A stretch of DNA of 64,000 bases, from positions 13,144,001 through 13,208,000 of the forward strand of contig CM106586.1 of assembly GCA_048013815.1 (NCBI GenBank), written 5' to 3'. The stretch comes from Setoptus koraiensis (Eukaryota; Animalia; Arthropoda). A program made the translations under genes and the position numbers. The notes below the pieces were generated by a model. The model was not told where the DNA came from. It made no database searches and worked only from the letters and a program-made list of their open reading frames with translations. Below, piece after piece: positions 27,430 to 38,217 of the stretch (positions are counted from its first letter, which is position 1; the number at the start of each line of letters is the position of its first letter).

Positions 27430-28328
27430 TATCAAACTATTATACGACAGTTATTGTACAATAATTACAGCTGAAATGTCGATCTATGAGTATACCAGGA
27501 TAAATGTTATTTGTGAGACCCACCAAAGTTTTCAGGAGAATAATAACAGAACAAGTCACGCTTGGAATCAACGTGATCACATGTGTTCTCTAAGTATGGT
27601 GTGAAATTTATCTAATGTATTAATACTGGTTAGTGAAAAAAACGGCCAGAGGCGCTGGCATCATTATAAAATGTACAGCCTAGCATCGACTGCTTCAATA
27701 AATGTTTTTTTTCACTGATTGCGTGCCTCTAGCCTGTAGAAACAATTGCTCCTCGCAGTAAACTCCTGGTCGTTCATACTTCAGATAGAAAGCTGAGCAG
27801 CGCCGCCCCTGCGGATACTCTTTGTGACTAGATGCAAACGCAGAGAAAAAACGTTACACAGCAATATGTGGATTCTGTTGAGCTCGTAATTTAAAAGTCG
27901 TGAATATGCGAGTGAATATTCATGGATATCTTTGTTGAATTTCAGTTCCTATTTGTATTGGGCCTTGATATGATGTATCATACATCATGTATGCGAATCT
28001 CGAGATCACGGATATTCACAAAGATAACATTTTATGTGCAGATTCAGTCTGTCTTTTAACCATTGGTGTGTAACGTTGTAGAATGTGGGTATTTTTTTGT
28101 GGCAATACTTTATGATCAGTATGCACCCCTCGAGAGTTTTTTCCCGGCAAGGAAATGCCGGCGATGACATCACAATAAATTTTAGATTGTATTCATACTG
28201 TAATGTCTTGACAATAATATCTATGTTTATTGTAAGACCTTACGTGACATATGTACACATACATGCACCATGATGGCACCGAAAGATTCTACTGTAACAG
28301 TGCTTAGTAATATCGATCACGAATAAGA

Positions 28329-30117
28329 TCACGTTGAACTACCTAAACCGATGGTATCAACATTGTGCAATCTGTCACACTTGAGCATTTTGTCCGGATT
28401 GAAAAGATTTTTAGGATCCAACGAGTGCTTTATCTGATACATGAGATTTAACGTGTCCTCATTGAACTGGCTTTCGATCAAATCCATCTTTCCCCTACCG
28501 ACGCCGTGCTCGCCTGTCACTGTTCCATCTAGGTCGATAGCCACTTTAGCCATTTCCTCCGCAAGTTTCTTCGCTCTCACTAATTGATCGGAGTCATGAG
28601 GATCATGAAGTATGACAGAGTGAAAGTTTCCGTCCCCAGCATGACCTGAATTTTTAAGATTAACCATTGAATACAATTAGATATGAGTTATCTGACAGGT
28701 TTTTTGGTTGAACAAAGTCGCACAAAGTTGAGCTTGACATAGTTTAGAATAGAGAACTCACCCATAAGAGGAGCAGTTAGTCCAGACAGTTCTATTAATC
28801 GATGCGTCTGCAAAACCATCTCACAAAGATTTGATATGGGAACACAAACATCTGTGTCCACAGGATTATATCCAGGCTTCAGGGCCAATATTGACCAATG
28901 TAGATTGTGTCTGGCTTTCCAAAGTTCTGTCCGTTCTTCCTGTTTCGATGACCATTTCATTGAGGTAGCGTGATTAGAATTGACAATATCATTCAAGATC
29001 TCCATTTGATCATTGAGTCCAGTCTCATTGAGAGCGTGCATCTCTATGAATAACATTGGTCCTCTATCATCTAAATGATCTAGTTTGCTAGCTCTCTTGC
29101 AAGCCACCACAGCAGGTTGGTCCAAGAACTCGATACGAGCTATGGGCACGCCAAACTGCATAACTTGCACCACAGAATCTATAGCTGATTTGACACTAGA
29201 GAAAGATACCGTAGCTATTGCTATACATGAGGGTAGTGGATGTAGACGAAGTTTCACGGATGTTATAACACCTAATGTTCCCTCAGAGCCGACAAATAGA
29301 TTAGTTAGATTATAACCTGCCGATGATTTTCTCGTTCTGCAAAGATCGCCCGAAGTATTTATCAATTTTCCATCAGCGACCACTACCTCTAGTCCCATGA
29401 CATTTTCTCTCATTGTGCCATATTTGACCGCATTTGTACCTGATGCCGATGTTGAGGACATTCCGCCCAAGGTTGCGCTAGCTCCAGGGTCTACAGGGAA
29501 CCATAAGCCTGTGCTCTTAATTTGATCGTTCAATTGACGCCAACTCAAACCTGCTTGAACATGACAATCCAAGTCCTTGTCATTTACTTGGATAATCTTA
29601 TCCATCTTTGTCAAATCCAGACTCACTCCTCCCTTCATGGCATGTATTCCACCTTCTAGTCCGGTCCTAGCCCCCACAGGAACCATTGGCACATTGTTCT
29701 TGTAGCAGTAGTCAACGATTTTAATAACATGACTAGTTTCGGTTGGAGCGACACATATGTTGGGTGTTCGCAAATCATAGCACGATGCATCTCTGGAACA
29801 ATCGACGAGAGCCGACTCTGATCTACTTATTGATGCACGACCTGAAGATTCTATTTCATTTTCAATCAATAACTCTTTGAGGTCTTGATATATGCTTGCC
29901 CAACTGCTTGGAGCTAATGGATTCAGAAAGAAAACAAAAGAAAAATATTTTTTGATCAGAGAAAGAATCCCAGAAAAAGTTGCTCATTGAGTTATTCAAA
30001 AGGTGAGTGTTCGATCTGAAATTACCTACCGATCAATCTCCGGACTGGTGAGCAAAAGAGGCCATCTCGATTTAATCTATTACTAAATGAAGTGCGTATT
30101 GATTTTGCTAAATACAT
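28329..30117 (-). CDS. LDHD: Mitochondrial FAD-dependent D-lactate dehydrogenase, 3 exons (30117-30030, 29913-28762, 28645-28329)
   Basis: Motifs PVGARTGLEGG, PVDPGASATLGGM, LFVGSEGTLG, GHAGDGNFH, GEHGVG and DPKNLFNPDK. Both GT-AG introns restore the frame. Exon 1 encodes a basic, Ser/Arg-rich transit-peptide-like N-terminus (MYLAKSIRTSFSNRLNR). Confidence 0.93.
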
Positions 30118-30551
30118 CACTATCTTCGAATCTGTCCTTTCCAGAACAAACCTGTGGAATCATTTATTGTTCTGTATTTCTTTTGATTCTGGATTGTGAC
30201 GAAACTTTAACAAATACACCATGTCGGTGTATCACTTAATTTTTCATTCGGGTAGAATGAAAAATTACTAGATAATGGGTCAACACAACAAAACTGTATT
30301 GATCGTTTCAACAACAGAACTCTAACGCGATGAACGTTGAACTCATGACGACAACAGCTGATCGCTCAGTATAAATTCAGTATTTATAACATTCGTGTGG
30401 TTCAACGAATGAAGTGAGATTCAATGAGACCCAATCATTTATTTAGCTTTATCTAATTCAAACCATAATAACTGAGAATCTGGTATGTGAGAAGCGATAA
30501 GTATTATCAACTTTGCATCCGACCATACCGGCAAAATTAACAAAATACGCC

Positions 30552-31001
30552 ATGAGTTATATCAAGGCCCGAACAACTTTTGCCATTATCAAACCTGACG
30601 CGGCTAACATCACACTTGCTAGAGAGTCCATAATCAGTATCATAAAAGCTGGTGGGTTTAAAATAGTGGATACAAAAAAGACAAAACTTTCACTGGAGGA
30701 AGCAAAAGAGTTCTATCGAGAGCACGAGCATAAATTCTTCTACAATAGATTGATAACTTTTATGTCGAGTTCTCCCATTTATGCATTGATATTAGACAAG
30801 AATGATGCTATCAATTCGTGGAGACGACTTATTGGTAAAACTTTTGTTTACCGGACTATTTACAACGATCCTGACTGTTTGAGATCTAGGTTCGGCTTGA
30901 CGGATACCCGAAATGCACTCCATGGCAGTGATTCAGAGGAAACTGTTCGCCGTGAAGCTACGTTTTTCTTTCCAAATTTTCCACATAACATTAGCTTATG
31001 A
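30552..31001 (+). CDS. NME6: Nucleoside diphosphate kinase 6, intronless
   Basis: TFAIIKPDA, FYREHEHKFFYNRLITFM and RFGLTDTRNALHGSDS (catalytic His) match the NME6 subfamily. First ATG at 30552. Confidence 0.92.
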   Translation: MSYIKARTTFAIIKPDAANITLARESIISIIKAGGFKIVDTKKTKLSLEEAKEFYREHEHKFFYNRLITFMSSSPIYALILDKNDAINSWRRLIGKTFVYRTIYNDPDCLRSRFGLTDTRNALHGSDSEETVRREATFFFPNFPHNISL

Positions 31002-31080
31002 GTTCATATAAGAGGTCTTTTGTGATAAATTGAATAGAAAGAATAATCGGCAAACTAATACTGTTGAGGATCTGTAGTCG

Positions 31081-32253
31081 TTAAATGCAAGATCTGTTTT
31101 GTTGCGGCCATACTGTGGCTTCATCCCAGGGGCCGTGGAGCCTTGTTTTGTATTTTTGGAGCTTGTAAAATCCGTAGGGACATATTAAATTTATAACGCT
31201 CAATAGAAGAGCTAAAATGATCGGATATATCACAGATGTCAGTGATAGTAAACCTAGAATTGCTATTGTCGAAAGCACCAGCGCAACTAGGACGGAAGTT
31301 TTTGTGTACTTCATGTCTCTAAGGTTTTCTCTTAACATGGAAGATATGAGAAATATGTCAGAGGTTGCAACCAGCAGACAAAAAGCATGATAGGAACTAG
31401 ATAATCTGGAGGCTAGGCAAACCGCGCCGAAAATTGCTGCATTTAGGGATATGTGCCTGTTAACTATGTAAGCTTTAGCTCCATAATCATAAAAAATAAG
31501 ATGTGTCAACATCATGAATCCAAACAAAGTATATATCGTGTTTGTACTGATAGTCTCGGTGAGGGTCTTCAGTATGGGTGATACAGAAAAGCCGCCAGCA
31601 ATAAAAATAACCGCATTTTTTATCTGATTTCCCACTGTAAATATTGAGATAACATAATTTATGGTTATGTAAAGTATTGTAGTGATTGCTGTATTAGTAT
31701 AATGTTTTTTTTTCTGAACAGTCAGGAGTGATACCGAGAACAAACATTATTTAAACCGTATTTAAGACTTACTCTGATTGTTTTTCGATGACAATAACAT
31801 GAGTGTTGAATATAACAAAATTGTGACAAGCGCCACAACTAGATATGTTTTTGTTGTAAAGCTTAGTGCATTGACTTGATCAAGAGTTTCCCTAGGCGGT
31901 TGATGTGAAAGACATATAAACACAATAATAAATATAACAACTGAGGCAATTTCCGATGTCACAGAGAACGACTCCATTACGACATCCTTCAATTGATATC
32001 GATCTGGATAGACTAATAAGATTTGAGTGGGTCCGGTCGTGCGTTCGGTTCAGATATGAATTGATACTGTATCGATTAATAGATGTATGTATATGATAAG
32101 GGATGATAAAGGATGAAGAGAGAATTTGAATCACCTACCATCTTTTTGCAGACATTCCAGGAATGAGTCACTAACGTAATTGTCCGGCGTTTGTTGGTGC
32201 TCGTAGAGGATCTTTCTCCAAATTGGCTTAGCTTTTGTTTTGTTGCCTGACAT
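31081..32253 (-). CDS. PIGC: GPI-GlcNAc transferase subunit C, 3 exons (32253-32139, 32003-31773, 31634-31081)
   Basis: WRKILYEHQQTPDNYV, SPILKTLTETISTNTIY, SLNAAIFGAVCLASRL and HGPWDEA. Introns of 135 and 138 nt have canonical donors/acceptors and are in phase. Confidence 0.92.
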
Positions 32254-32742
32254 TGCCGGTGGTTAGACTGGATTGTGATGCAAGGGCATCAATCAAAGAA
32301 TGCGCATTATATATACATATATCGTTCGTTTATTTTCGAGGTGATTGTTTTTTTTTTGTTTTATTGTTGTATTATATAAATACATGTATCATTGTTTGTT
32401 TCGATATCGTCTGACTCAAAAGTATCAAGACAGAACGCTTGCCTGAACTGGATCGGCGTGCTTACACACCTTGCGGGACACCCTGCATTCTCTTTAGTTC
32501 ATGTTCACTTGTAACAGTAGTGGTGTGCCAATTCAGAATAATGTATTAGGCATTCCGCATATACTCATACAGTATAAACAACTGGTTGATACCACAACGA
32601 TTACTCATGCGCCAGTGCAATCTAAACTACTAGTATATATTATGTTAAGCATGGTTCTACATTTAATTTATTATTATTATTACTATTATTAATTCACCTA
32701 TCCAGCCAATGAATTTAGTGAAAATTCCAATAGATCAACATC

Positions 32743-33636
32743 ATGGCTAGGGATAGGATGGACGCCTTTAGGGCGGTTATGACCAAGGATGGTGATCAAC
32801 AAGAGAACGGCGTGGCAATCGAAATGGAGGAATGCTATCCAAATGTTAGAAATACCGATATGGAAGTATTCTTCAAAGAAGTCGAGGATCTATCCGAGTT
32901 CATAGATCGAATAAAGGAAAATGTCGAAGAGGTTAAGAGAACTCATTCGACAATTTTATCATCGCCTCATACAGATGACGATGTCAAACAGCATCTGGAG
33001 AAGGTAATGGCGGATATCAAAACAAGTGCAAATCAAATTCGTTCAAAACTTAAACATATGGAAGAAGGTATAGAACAGATAGCACAAACGAACGAATTTA
33101 GTGCGGCCCATCGTATCAGGAAAACACAGCACCACATGTTGAGCAGTAGATTTGTTGAAGTCATGACTGACTACCAAGCCACTCAAACAGATTATAGGGA
33201 AAGATGTAAGAGTCGCATTAAAAGACAATTATCCATCACGGGTAGGAAGACCACCGATGATGAAATTGAAGAGATGATAGAGAGTGGCAATCCGGCCATT
33301 TTTACTAGAGGTATAATTATGGAAACTAAACAAGCCAGACAAACACTAGCCGATATCGAGGCGCGACACTCGGATATTATGAAACTAGAAAAGAGTATAA
33401 GAGAGTTGAGGGATATGTTCTTGGACATGGCCATATTGGTCGAGAGTCAAGGTGAGATGATTGACCGTATTGAGTATCATGTGCAACAATCCAAGAGTCA
33501 TGTTGATAAGGGCAAATTAGAGACAAATCAAGCAATGACCTACAGAGCTAAAGCGCGCTGGAAGAAGCTTGTTTGTCTAGTGTTAATCATAATTCTTATA
33601 CTAATTGTAATAGGTTCCGTTATAGGGACTTCTTGA
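32743..33636 (+). CDS. STX1A: Syntaxin-1 (Qa-SNARE), intronless
   Basis: Habc domain (RIRKTQHHMLSSRFVEVMTDY), SNARE motif (IEARHSDIMKLEKSIRELRDMFLDMAILVESQGEMIDRIE) and a C-terminal TM helix. Confidence 0.95.
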   Translation: MARDRMDAFRAVMTKDGDQQENGVAIEMEECYPNVRNTDMEVFFKEVEDLSEFIDRIKENVEEVKRTHSTILSSPHTDDDVKQHLEKVMADIKTSANQIRSKLKHMEEGIEQIAQTNEFSAAHRIRKTQHHMLSSRFVEVMTDYQATQTDYRERCKSRIKRQLSITGRKTTDDEIEEMIESGNPAIFTRGIIMETKQARQTLADIEARHSDIMKLEKSIRELRDMFLDMAILVESQGEMIDRIEYHVQQSKSHVDKGKLETNQAMTYRAKARWKKLVCLVLIIILILIVIGSVIGTS

Positions 33637-34350
33637 TAAGATGCTCAATGGTAATAATAATAATCATCATCATCATCCTTTTTATACAGAAGTAATTAAA
33701 TTATGTTCATACAGATATATATATTTATATATATATTATCAGCTTGTTGTATACAGTATGTACACACAATATAAATTATATAATGATAAGATAACATAGC
33801 ATCCTAACAAATCTCACAACAATAATTAAAAATAAAAAAATACAAGAACAATTGTTGATTCAGAGATGGTGAATGAATGCAAAAGTTTTTGAAAGAGTTT
33901 ACGCCAGATTTTTACGCCAAGCGGCGCTTCGGTGCTACGAAATGGAACCTCGCACACGAAGTGAAAGTCATAAATTCCTTCGGGGAAGGATGGTGATGTG
34001 CGTCCAGTCGTCGCAGTCATCTACGTTACTTGGTCATGATATTTATCTTGTATCATCTGAACTAGTAATATGATTGATAATCGGGACCATTTACATCTCA
34101 AGGACAACGCACAATGTTTATATAGATTTATTTGAAATTTCGCCTGCCATTTTATCTTAACTAGGAAAATTGTCAATTTGAACTCCACATATATGATTGA
34201 AAACAATATTCATTCTGTACAAGTCGGGATTGAATTTACTGATCTCTTCGTTGTAATCTTCCAACTTGAACAAATTTTCATTAGGGATGCACTGACAATT
34301 TTCTGTCATAAATTCCATCGACATACAGATGATCGGTCAAGATATACTCG

Positions 34351-37053
34351 ATGTATTCTCAACATCAGCCATCTTTTTGCTCGCAGAGAACAAGGACTCT
34401 CAATCCTATCAGATTGAGATCGAACGCCTATCCAATAGGGTGTGTTGTCGATTACGTACCATTATACAGATACTCTTTTGATGTCGAAAACGACGAAAAC
34501 ACAGCTGCTAGCAGAAATGAGGAGCTCGAGGAAGGAGAAATCCAAGAATCAGGACAGCAAACCCTGGTTCCCAGTCATAAAAAACTATCATTATTTCAGG
34601 AATTTATTAAACAAGAATCTAGTCAAATTTTCAGGACCACTACAGGACAAATTGTACCTCATGCTCTAAAGTCAGAGGATATGCTATTTTATACTAAAGA
34701 CAAACTCGACATTGCTGACATGAGAGTGACTACAGTCAACTGGATATCTAGCGAAGGACAAAAACTTCGTACCAACCTAAGATTTATGGAAACTGTGTCT
34801 ATCAGAGACAATTCGACTGGCTCGCAATATTTGAGAGCGCTGAATGCCATAATTCGCTACAAAGCAGCATGTGATCTATTGAATTTCGGACAAACCTTCT
34901 TCTGGCCCAAGGATGCTACTCATTGCAATGACAAGATGAACAGCATGCTTGATTGTGCATTTGGTATTTATTTATCTGGAGTTTTGCTAACAAAGAGGGG
35001 CCCAGCTGTCATATTAGATCATACTGCAGCGGCCTTGACTAGAGGTGACAATCTCATTAATCTTCTAGAGGATTTCCGTAGCTATAATATTAACACAAAA
35101 GATAACGTGAAAAAAAGATCCAGAATGTCAGAGCCCCTTCAGTACCTAGGATCGTCCGATACTGGTGTAAAAGACTTTTGTTCCACCATGACTGGTTTGA
35201 AGATTTATATCAAACATATGAAACACAGACAAATTTTCAGGTTTAAAAATTATACTTCATCATCGTCAGACGCAACCACATTTCATTGGAATGAAGAAAA
35301 ACGAGATGTAACCATTAGTGAGTACTTTTTCAGGAAACATTCAATAAAACTCAGATACCCGAATTTGCCTTGCATCATCAAATGTAGTCCAGACAAGCAG
35401 GCATTCTACCCATTTGAGTTATGCTACTTATTAGAAGATCAAAAGATTAAAAAGTCCAAATTAAGTCCTAGTTTGGCAAGAAGATTAGATCAGACAAAGG
35501 AATCGCCACCAGTAAGCATATCGCCTAGTAAAAGGAGTGAATATTCCTTGACAATTAATAGGGTATTCAATGGCATAAGTGGGGCGTATATGCGAGATTT
35601 TAATTTAGATTTGTCCAATACGCCTCTGACTGCCAATGGACGAATGATTGAGCCACCAACAGTACAATACAGGGATGATAAATTGATAACTCCGAAAGAC
35701 GGTAGGTGGAAACCTCAGAAGTTCGTTCTTTCATCAAGTATTGACCACTGGTGTGTCGTCAACGCATGTAGCATGCTAAATATCAATCAAGTTATATCAT
35801 TCATCGAAGGATTTCGTAATTACAGTTTCATTTACTTCGGTTTGACCATGTCTATGCCCCGTTTTAAAGATATATCGATGAATAATATAGATGAGAATGC
35901 TATTCACTCAGTAGTGTCTAATTGTTTAAAGGAGTGTAGAACTAAGAATGGTCCTCAACTCATTCTTTTTGTAGTGTCCGAAAAGAACGATTTGTACTCG
36001 CACATACATTATGTAAGCGATGTATTGTTTGGCATCAGTGCCACTTGCATACAAGAAAAGAACATCAGACCAGTGTCTCGCCCGGAAGACTCTAGACCGC
36101 GGTTTAGCACCCCTGTTATGACTAGTCTGAGCCAAAAGATAAACGCCAAGCTGGGTGGAGTTAATATGAGAAACACGTCATCTACAAGCGGACGCGCATT
36201 TTATGATAATGAATTTGCCGGTGCGATGTTTGTAGGTTGTGACGTAACTCATCCCGACTCTAATTCATCCAATGCGTCCATTGCAGCATGTGTTGCAAAC
36301 TGCGGTGCCGATCTTTTCCAGTCTACCACATCGATTAGGATCCAAGACAACAAGAATGATGAGATAGTTCGTGGCATTGATGAAATGATGAAAGAATTAC
36401 TGCATGCCTATAAGAAGAGAAACAATTGTCTTCCTATCAAGATCTTTTTCTACAGAGACGGAGTCTCTGAGGACCAATTTGATCAAGTGAAGAAGCTCGA
36501 AATTAGTAAGCTAGACGCATTACTAAGTGATACCTATAAGGTAGAAGGCCTTGATCAACCATCATTAATCTTTATCATAGTTCAAAAAAGACACAGGATG
36601 CGCTTCTTCCAGGAATTGAATTCGCACCACCGATCTCAGGTAACTTTGGAGAATCCGAGACCTGGTACAGTAGTCGATAACACAATCACTAGCCCAAAGG
36701 ATGAAGATTTTTATCTATACTCTCATTGGAACCAGAAGGGTACTTCACGTCCATCTCATTATCATGTGATTAGAAATGATTCCTGCTACACCATGGAGAG
36801 GCTCCAAAAAATTACATACTTCATGTGCCATACCTATGCTAGATGTTCTCAATCGATTTCTATGCCGGCTGTGGTCAGATATGCTCACTTAGCTGCTTAC
36901 AGGGCACGAGTGTTATTAATATCTGCTAGCAAAGTCAAGGTGAAAACTGACAGCACGTGTAGTGGTGCCAGTCTTCAAGTCGATTCTCATGATAATCCCA
37001 ATGATATGATTAAGCCAAATAGTCTTCTAAGAGATACTATGTATTTCTGCTAA
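34351..37053 (+). CDS. AGO-clade Argonaute (N-PAZ-MID-PIWI), divergent, intronless, DEDH tetrad intact; probably siRNA-type
   Basis: PAZ (VTISEYF...LRYPNLPC...YPFELC), KINAKLGGVN, GCDVTHP, DEIV, YRDGVSEDQF, GTSRPSHY, YAHLAAYRA and C-terminal MYFC. Subfamily not assignable by eye. Confidence 0.95.
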   Translation: MYSQHQPSFCSQRTRTLNPIRLRSNAYPIGCVVDYVPLYRYSFDVENDENTAASRNEELEEGEIQESGQQTLVPSHKKLSLFQEFIKQESSQIFRTTTGQIVPHALKSEDMLFYTKDKLDIADMRVTTVNWISSEGQKLRTNLRFMETVSIRDNSTGSQYLRALNAIIRYKAACDLLNFGQTFFWPKDATHCNDKMNSMLDCAFGIYLSGVLLTKRGPAVILDHTAAALTRGDNLINLLEDFRSYNINTKDNVKKRSRMSEPLQYLGSSDTGVKDFCSTMTGLKIYIKHMKHRQIFRFKNYTSSSSDATTFHWNEEKRDVTISEYFFRKHSIKLRYPNLPCIIKCSPDKQAFYPFELCYLLEDQKIKKSKLSPSLARRLDQTKESPPVSISPSKRSEYSLTINRVFNGISGAYMRDFNLDLSNTPLTANGRMIEPPTVQYRDDKLITPKDGRWKPQKFVLSSSIDHWCVVNACSMLNINQVISFIEGFRNYSFIYFGLTMSMPRFKDISMNNIDENAIHSVVSNCLKECRTKNGPQLILFVVSEKNDLYSHIHYVSDVLFGISATCIQEKNIRPVSRPEDSRPRFSTPVMTSLSQKINAKLGGVNMRNTSSTSGRAFYDNEFAGAMFVGCDVTHPDSNSSNASIAACVANCGADLFQSTTSIRIQDNKNDEIVRGIDEMMKELLHAYKKRNNCLPIKIFFYRDGVSEDQFDQVKKLEISKLDALLSDTYKVEGLDQPSLIFIIVQKRHRMRFFQELNSHHRSQVTLENPRPGTVVDNTITSPKDEDFYLYSHWNQKGTSRPSHYHVIRNDSCYTMERLQKITYFMCHTYARCSQSISMPAVVRYAHLAAYRARVLLISASKVKVKTDSTCSGASLQVDSHDNPNDMIKPNSLLRDTMYFC

Positions 37054-37072
37054 TATTACTCATATTCACAAC

Positions 37073-37078
37073 AATAAA
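37073..37078 (+). terminator. Candidate polyadenylation signal of the Argonaute gene
   Basis: AATAAA 20 nt after the stop codon. Confidence 0.5.
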
Positions 37079-37140
37079 CTTATTATAACAATAGATACGC
37101 GTCCTTCCTAATATTGATGAACCAGGACTATGAATCTGTT

Positions 37141-37560
37141 TCAGATGACGTCTACAAGCTTGAATTCTGGAATCCTTCTATCTGGTATGACGTGAATATA
37201 TCTTTTTATTAAAGGAGTCATATTTTCTTCCTCTGGGCCATAGATTTGATTAACCATAGGATTGCTTCGATCAGGATTGAATCTTTCTTCTGTGATAATC
37301 ATAGTTCCATCAACTAAAGAGTAAATCGTACGGTCTTCGTCAATACCGGCATTGATACCTGGGTGCCACTTCACTGTGTATTGCTTGGCCAAAATGTCTC
37401 TTTCCGCGACTCTATCACCAGGCATGGCCCAAAGTCTGTAATGTTTACCAGCTCGTTTGGGGGCCATTGTCTTGTTAGCTATCATCCGACTTGAGATTGT
37501 ATTAATGCCTGACCAATTCTTGGCTTGTCTCAATATAAATTGTGACGCGATCGAGGCCAT
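37141..37560 (-). CDS. MRPL27: Mitochondrial ribosomal protein bL27m, intronless
   Basis: ILAKQYTVKWHPGINAGIDEDRTIYSLVDG...YIHVIP...FKLV parallels MRPL27 (IIATQRHFRWHPGAHVG...LYALEEG...FVHVVP...FKLV). First ATG at 37560. Confidence 0.88.
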   Translation of the reverse strand: MASIASQFILRQAKNWSGINTISSRMIANKTMAPKRAGKHYRLWAMPGDRVAERDILAKQYTVKWHPGINAGIDEDRTIYSLVDGTMIITEERFNPDRSNPMVNQIYGPEEENMTPLIKRYIHVIPDRRIPEFKLVDVI

Positions 37561-37659
37561 CTTTCCTGGAGATAATTTGTAATAAAAATAGCAATACTGT
37601 TGCAAGTCTACGATTATATTTCGGTTTTGTCCATAGGATAAATGACCAATCACAAAATC

Positions 37660-38038
37660 GAGTCACATGGAAACGCTCCTATCTCCCATCTTGGGAACAA
37701 GAAAGGTAGTCTCCCGTTCCCATCCCACATTTCGGGAGGAACTGTGTTTTCCAGCGAGAACAGGGCGGATCTCTCCTCGGGAGATACCCAACCTATTTCC
37801 CTAAATGTGAGATGGGAGACTAGAACGCACGTTTACATGTTTTAACTCCCACTTCGCACGCCATGTGTTCGGCTCGGACAAACCGCATGCTGGTTACGCC
37901 CATTCTCACCAATATCCTGACCGGCTGAATACCACGAAAGGGAAGGTTGGTTTTGGTTGGAGTGAAGTGATCTAGACTGATGATTGTGTCATCAGGGTCG
38001 GGGAATGAAACATTATCAGTTGTATGTAAAGAGTGACT
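37660..38038. ncRNA. Candidate structured RNA or foldback element, family unassigned
   Basis: Multiple nested helices visible by eye (see findings). GC content is visibly above the flanks. No diagnostic motif of snRNA, SRP, RNase P/MRP or U3 recognised. Confidence 0.35.
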
Positions 38039-38217
38039 CTCTATCAACCATTCATTGATTGGTAATTGAGACAAATTGAAAAGAAAATTGTGAGTAATAT
38101 AAAAATTTCGATGGGATTTTAATGGATAACGAGTCGATATTCAAAGATATCTAGACAGTTTCAACTATTAAGTAATCGTTTTCTTGCTGTGGTTCATTGT
38201 GCACCAAGTGTAGGCAG

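Noticed and set aside
27826-27850. miR-279-family-like 5' end (TGACTAGAT)
   Set aside because: No convincing precursor hairpin and the 3' part diverges.
29997-30008. Plus-strand donor AAG|GTGAGT as a 5' UTR intron of NME6
   Set aside because: It lies inside LDHD intron 1 on the opposite strand; no supporting acceptor or TSS evidence.
33826-34330. Small ORFs and a repeated 12-mer (GTCATAAATTCC at ~33967 and ~34305) upstream of the Argonaute
   Set aside because: Short, conflicting frames on both strands. The Argonaute N domain already starts correctly after ATG 34351, and a single 12-mer repeat is weak evidence.
37660-38038. Assignment to RNase P, RNase MRP, U3, SRP or telomerase RNA
   Set aside because: Only partial look-alikes (GGGAAGGT, AGACTA, TGATGA, AACCTA), in the wrong order or spacing.
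37650-38074. Two overlapping minus-strand frames (84 aa, then ~58 aa in the -1 frame) joined just before a strong stem, suggesting programmed frameshifting
   Set aside because: There is no X-XXY-YYZ slippery heptamer in the correct frame, the start is TTG, and the joined peptide resembles nothing I know. Elevated GC from RNA structure explains the open frames.
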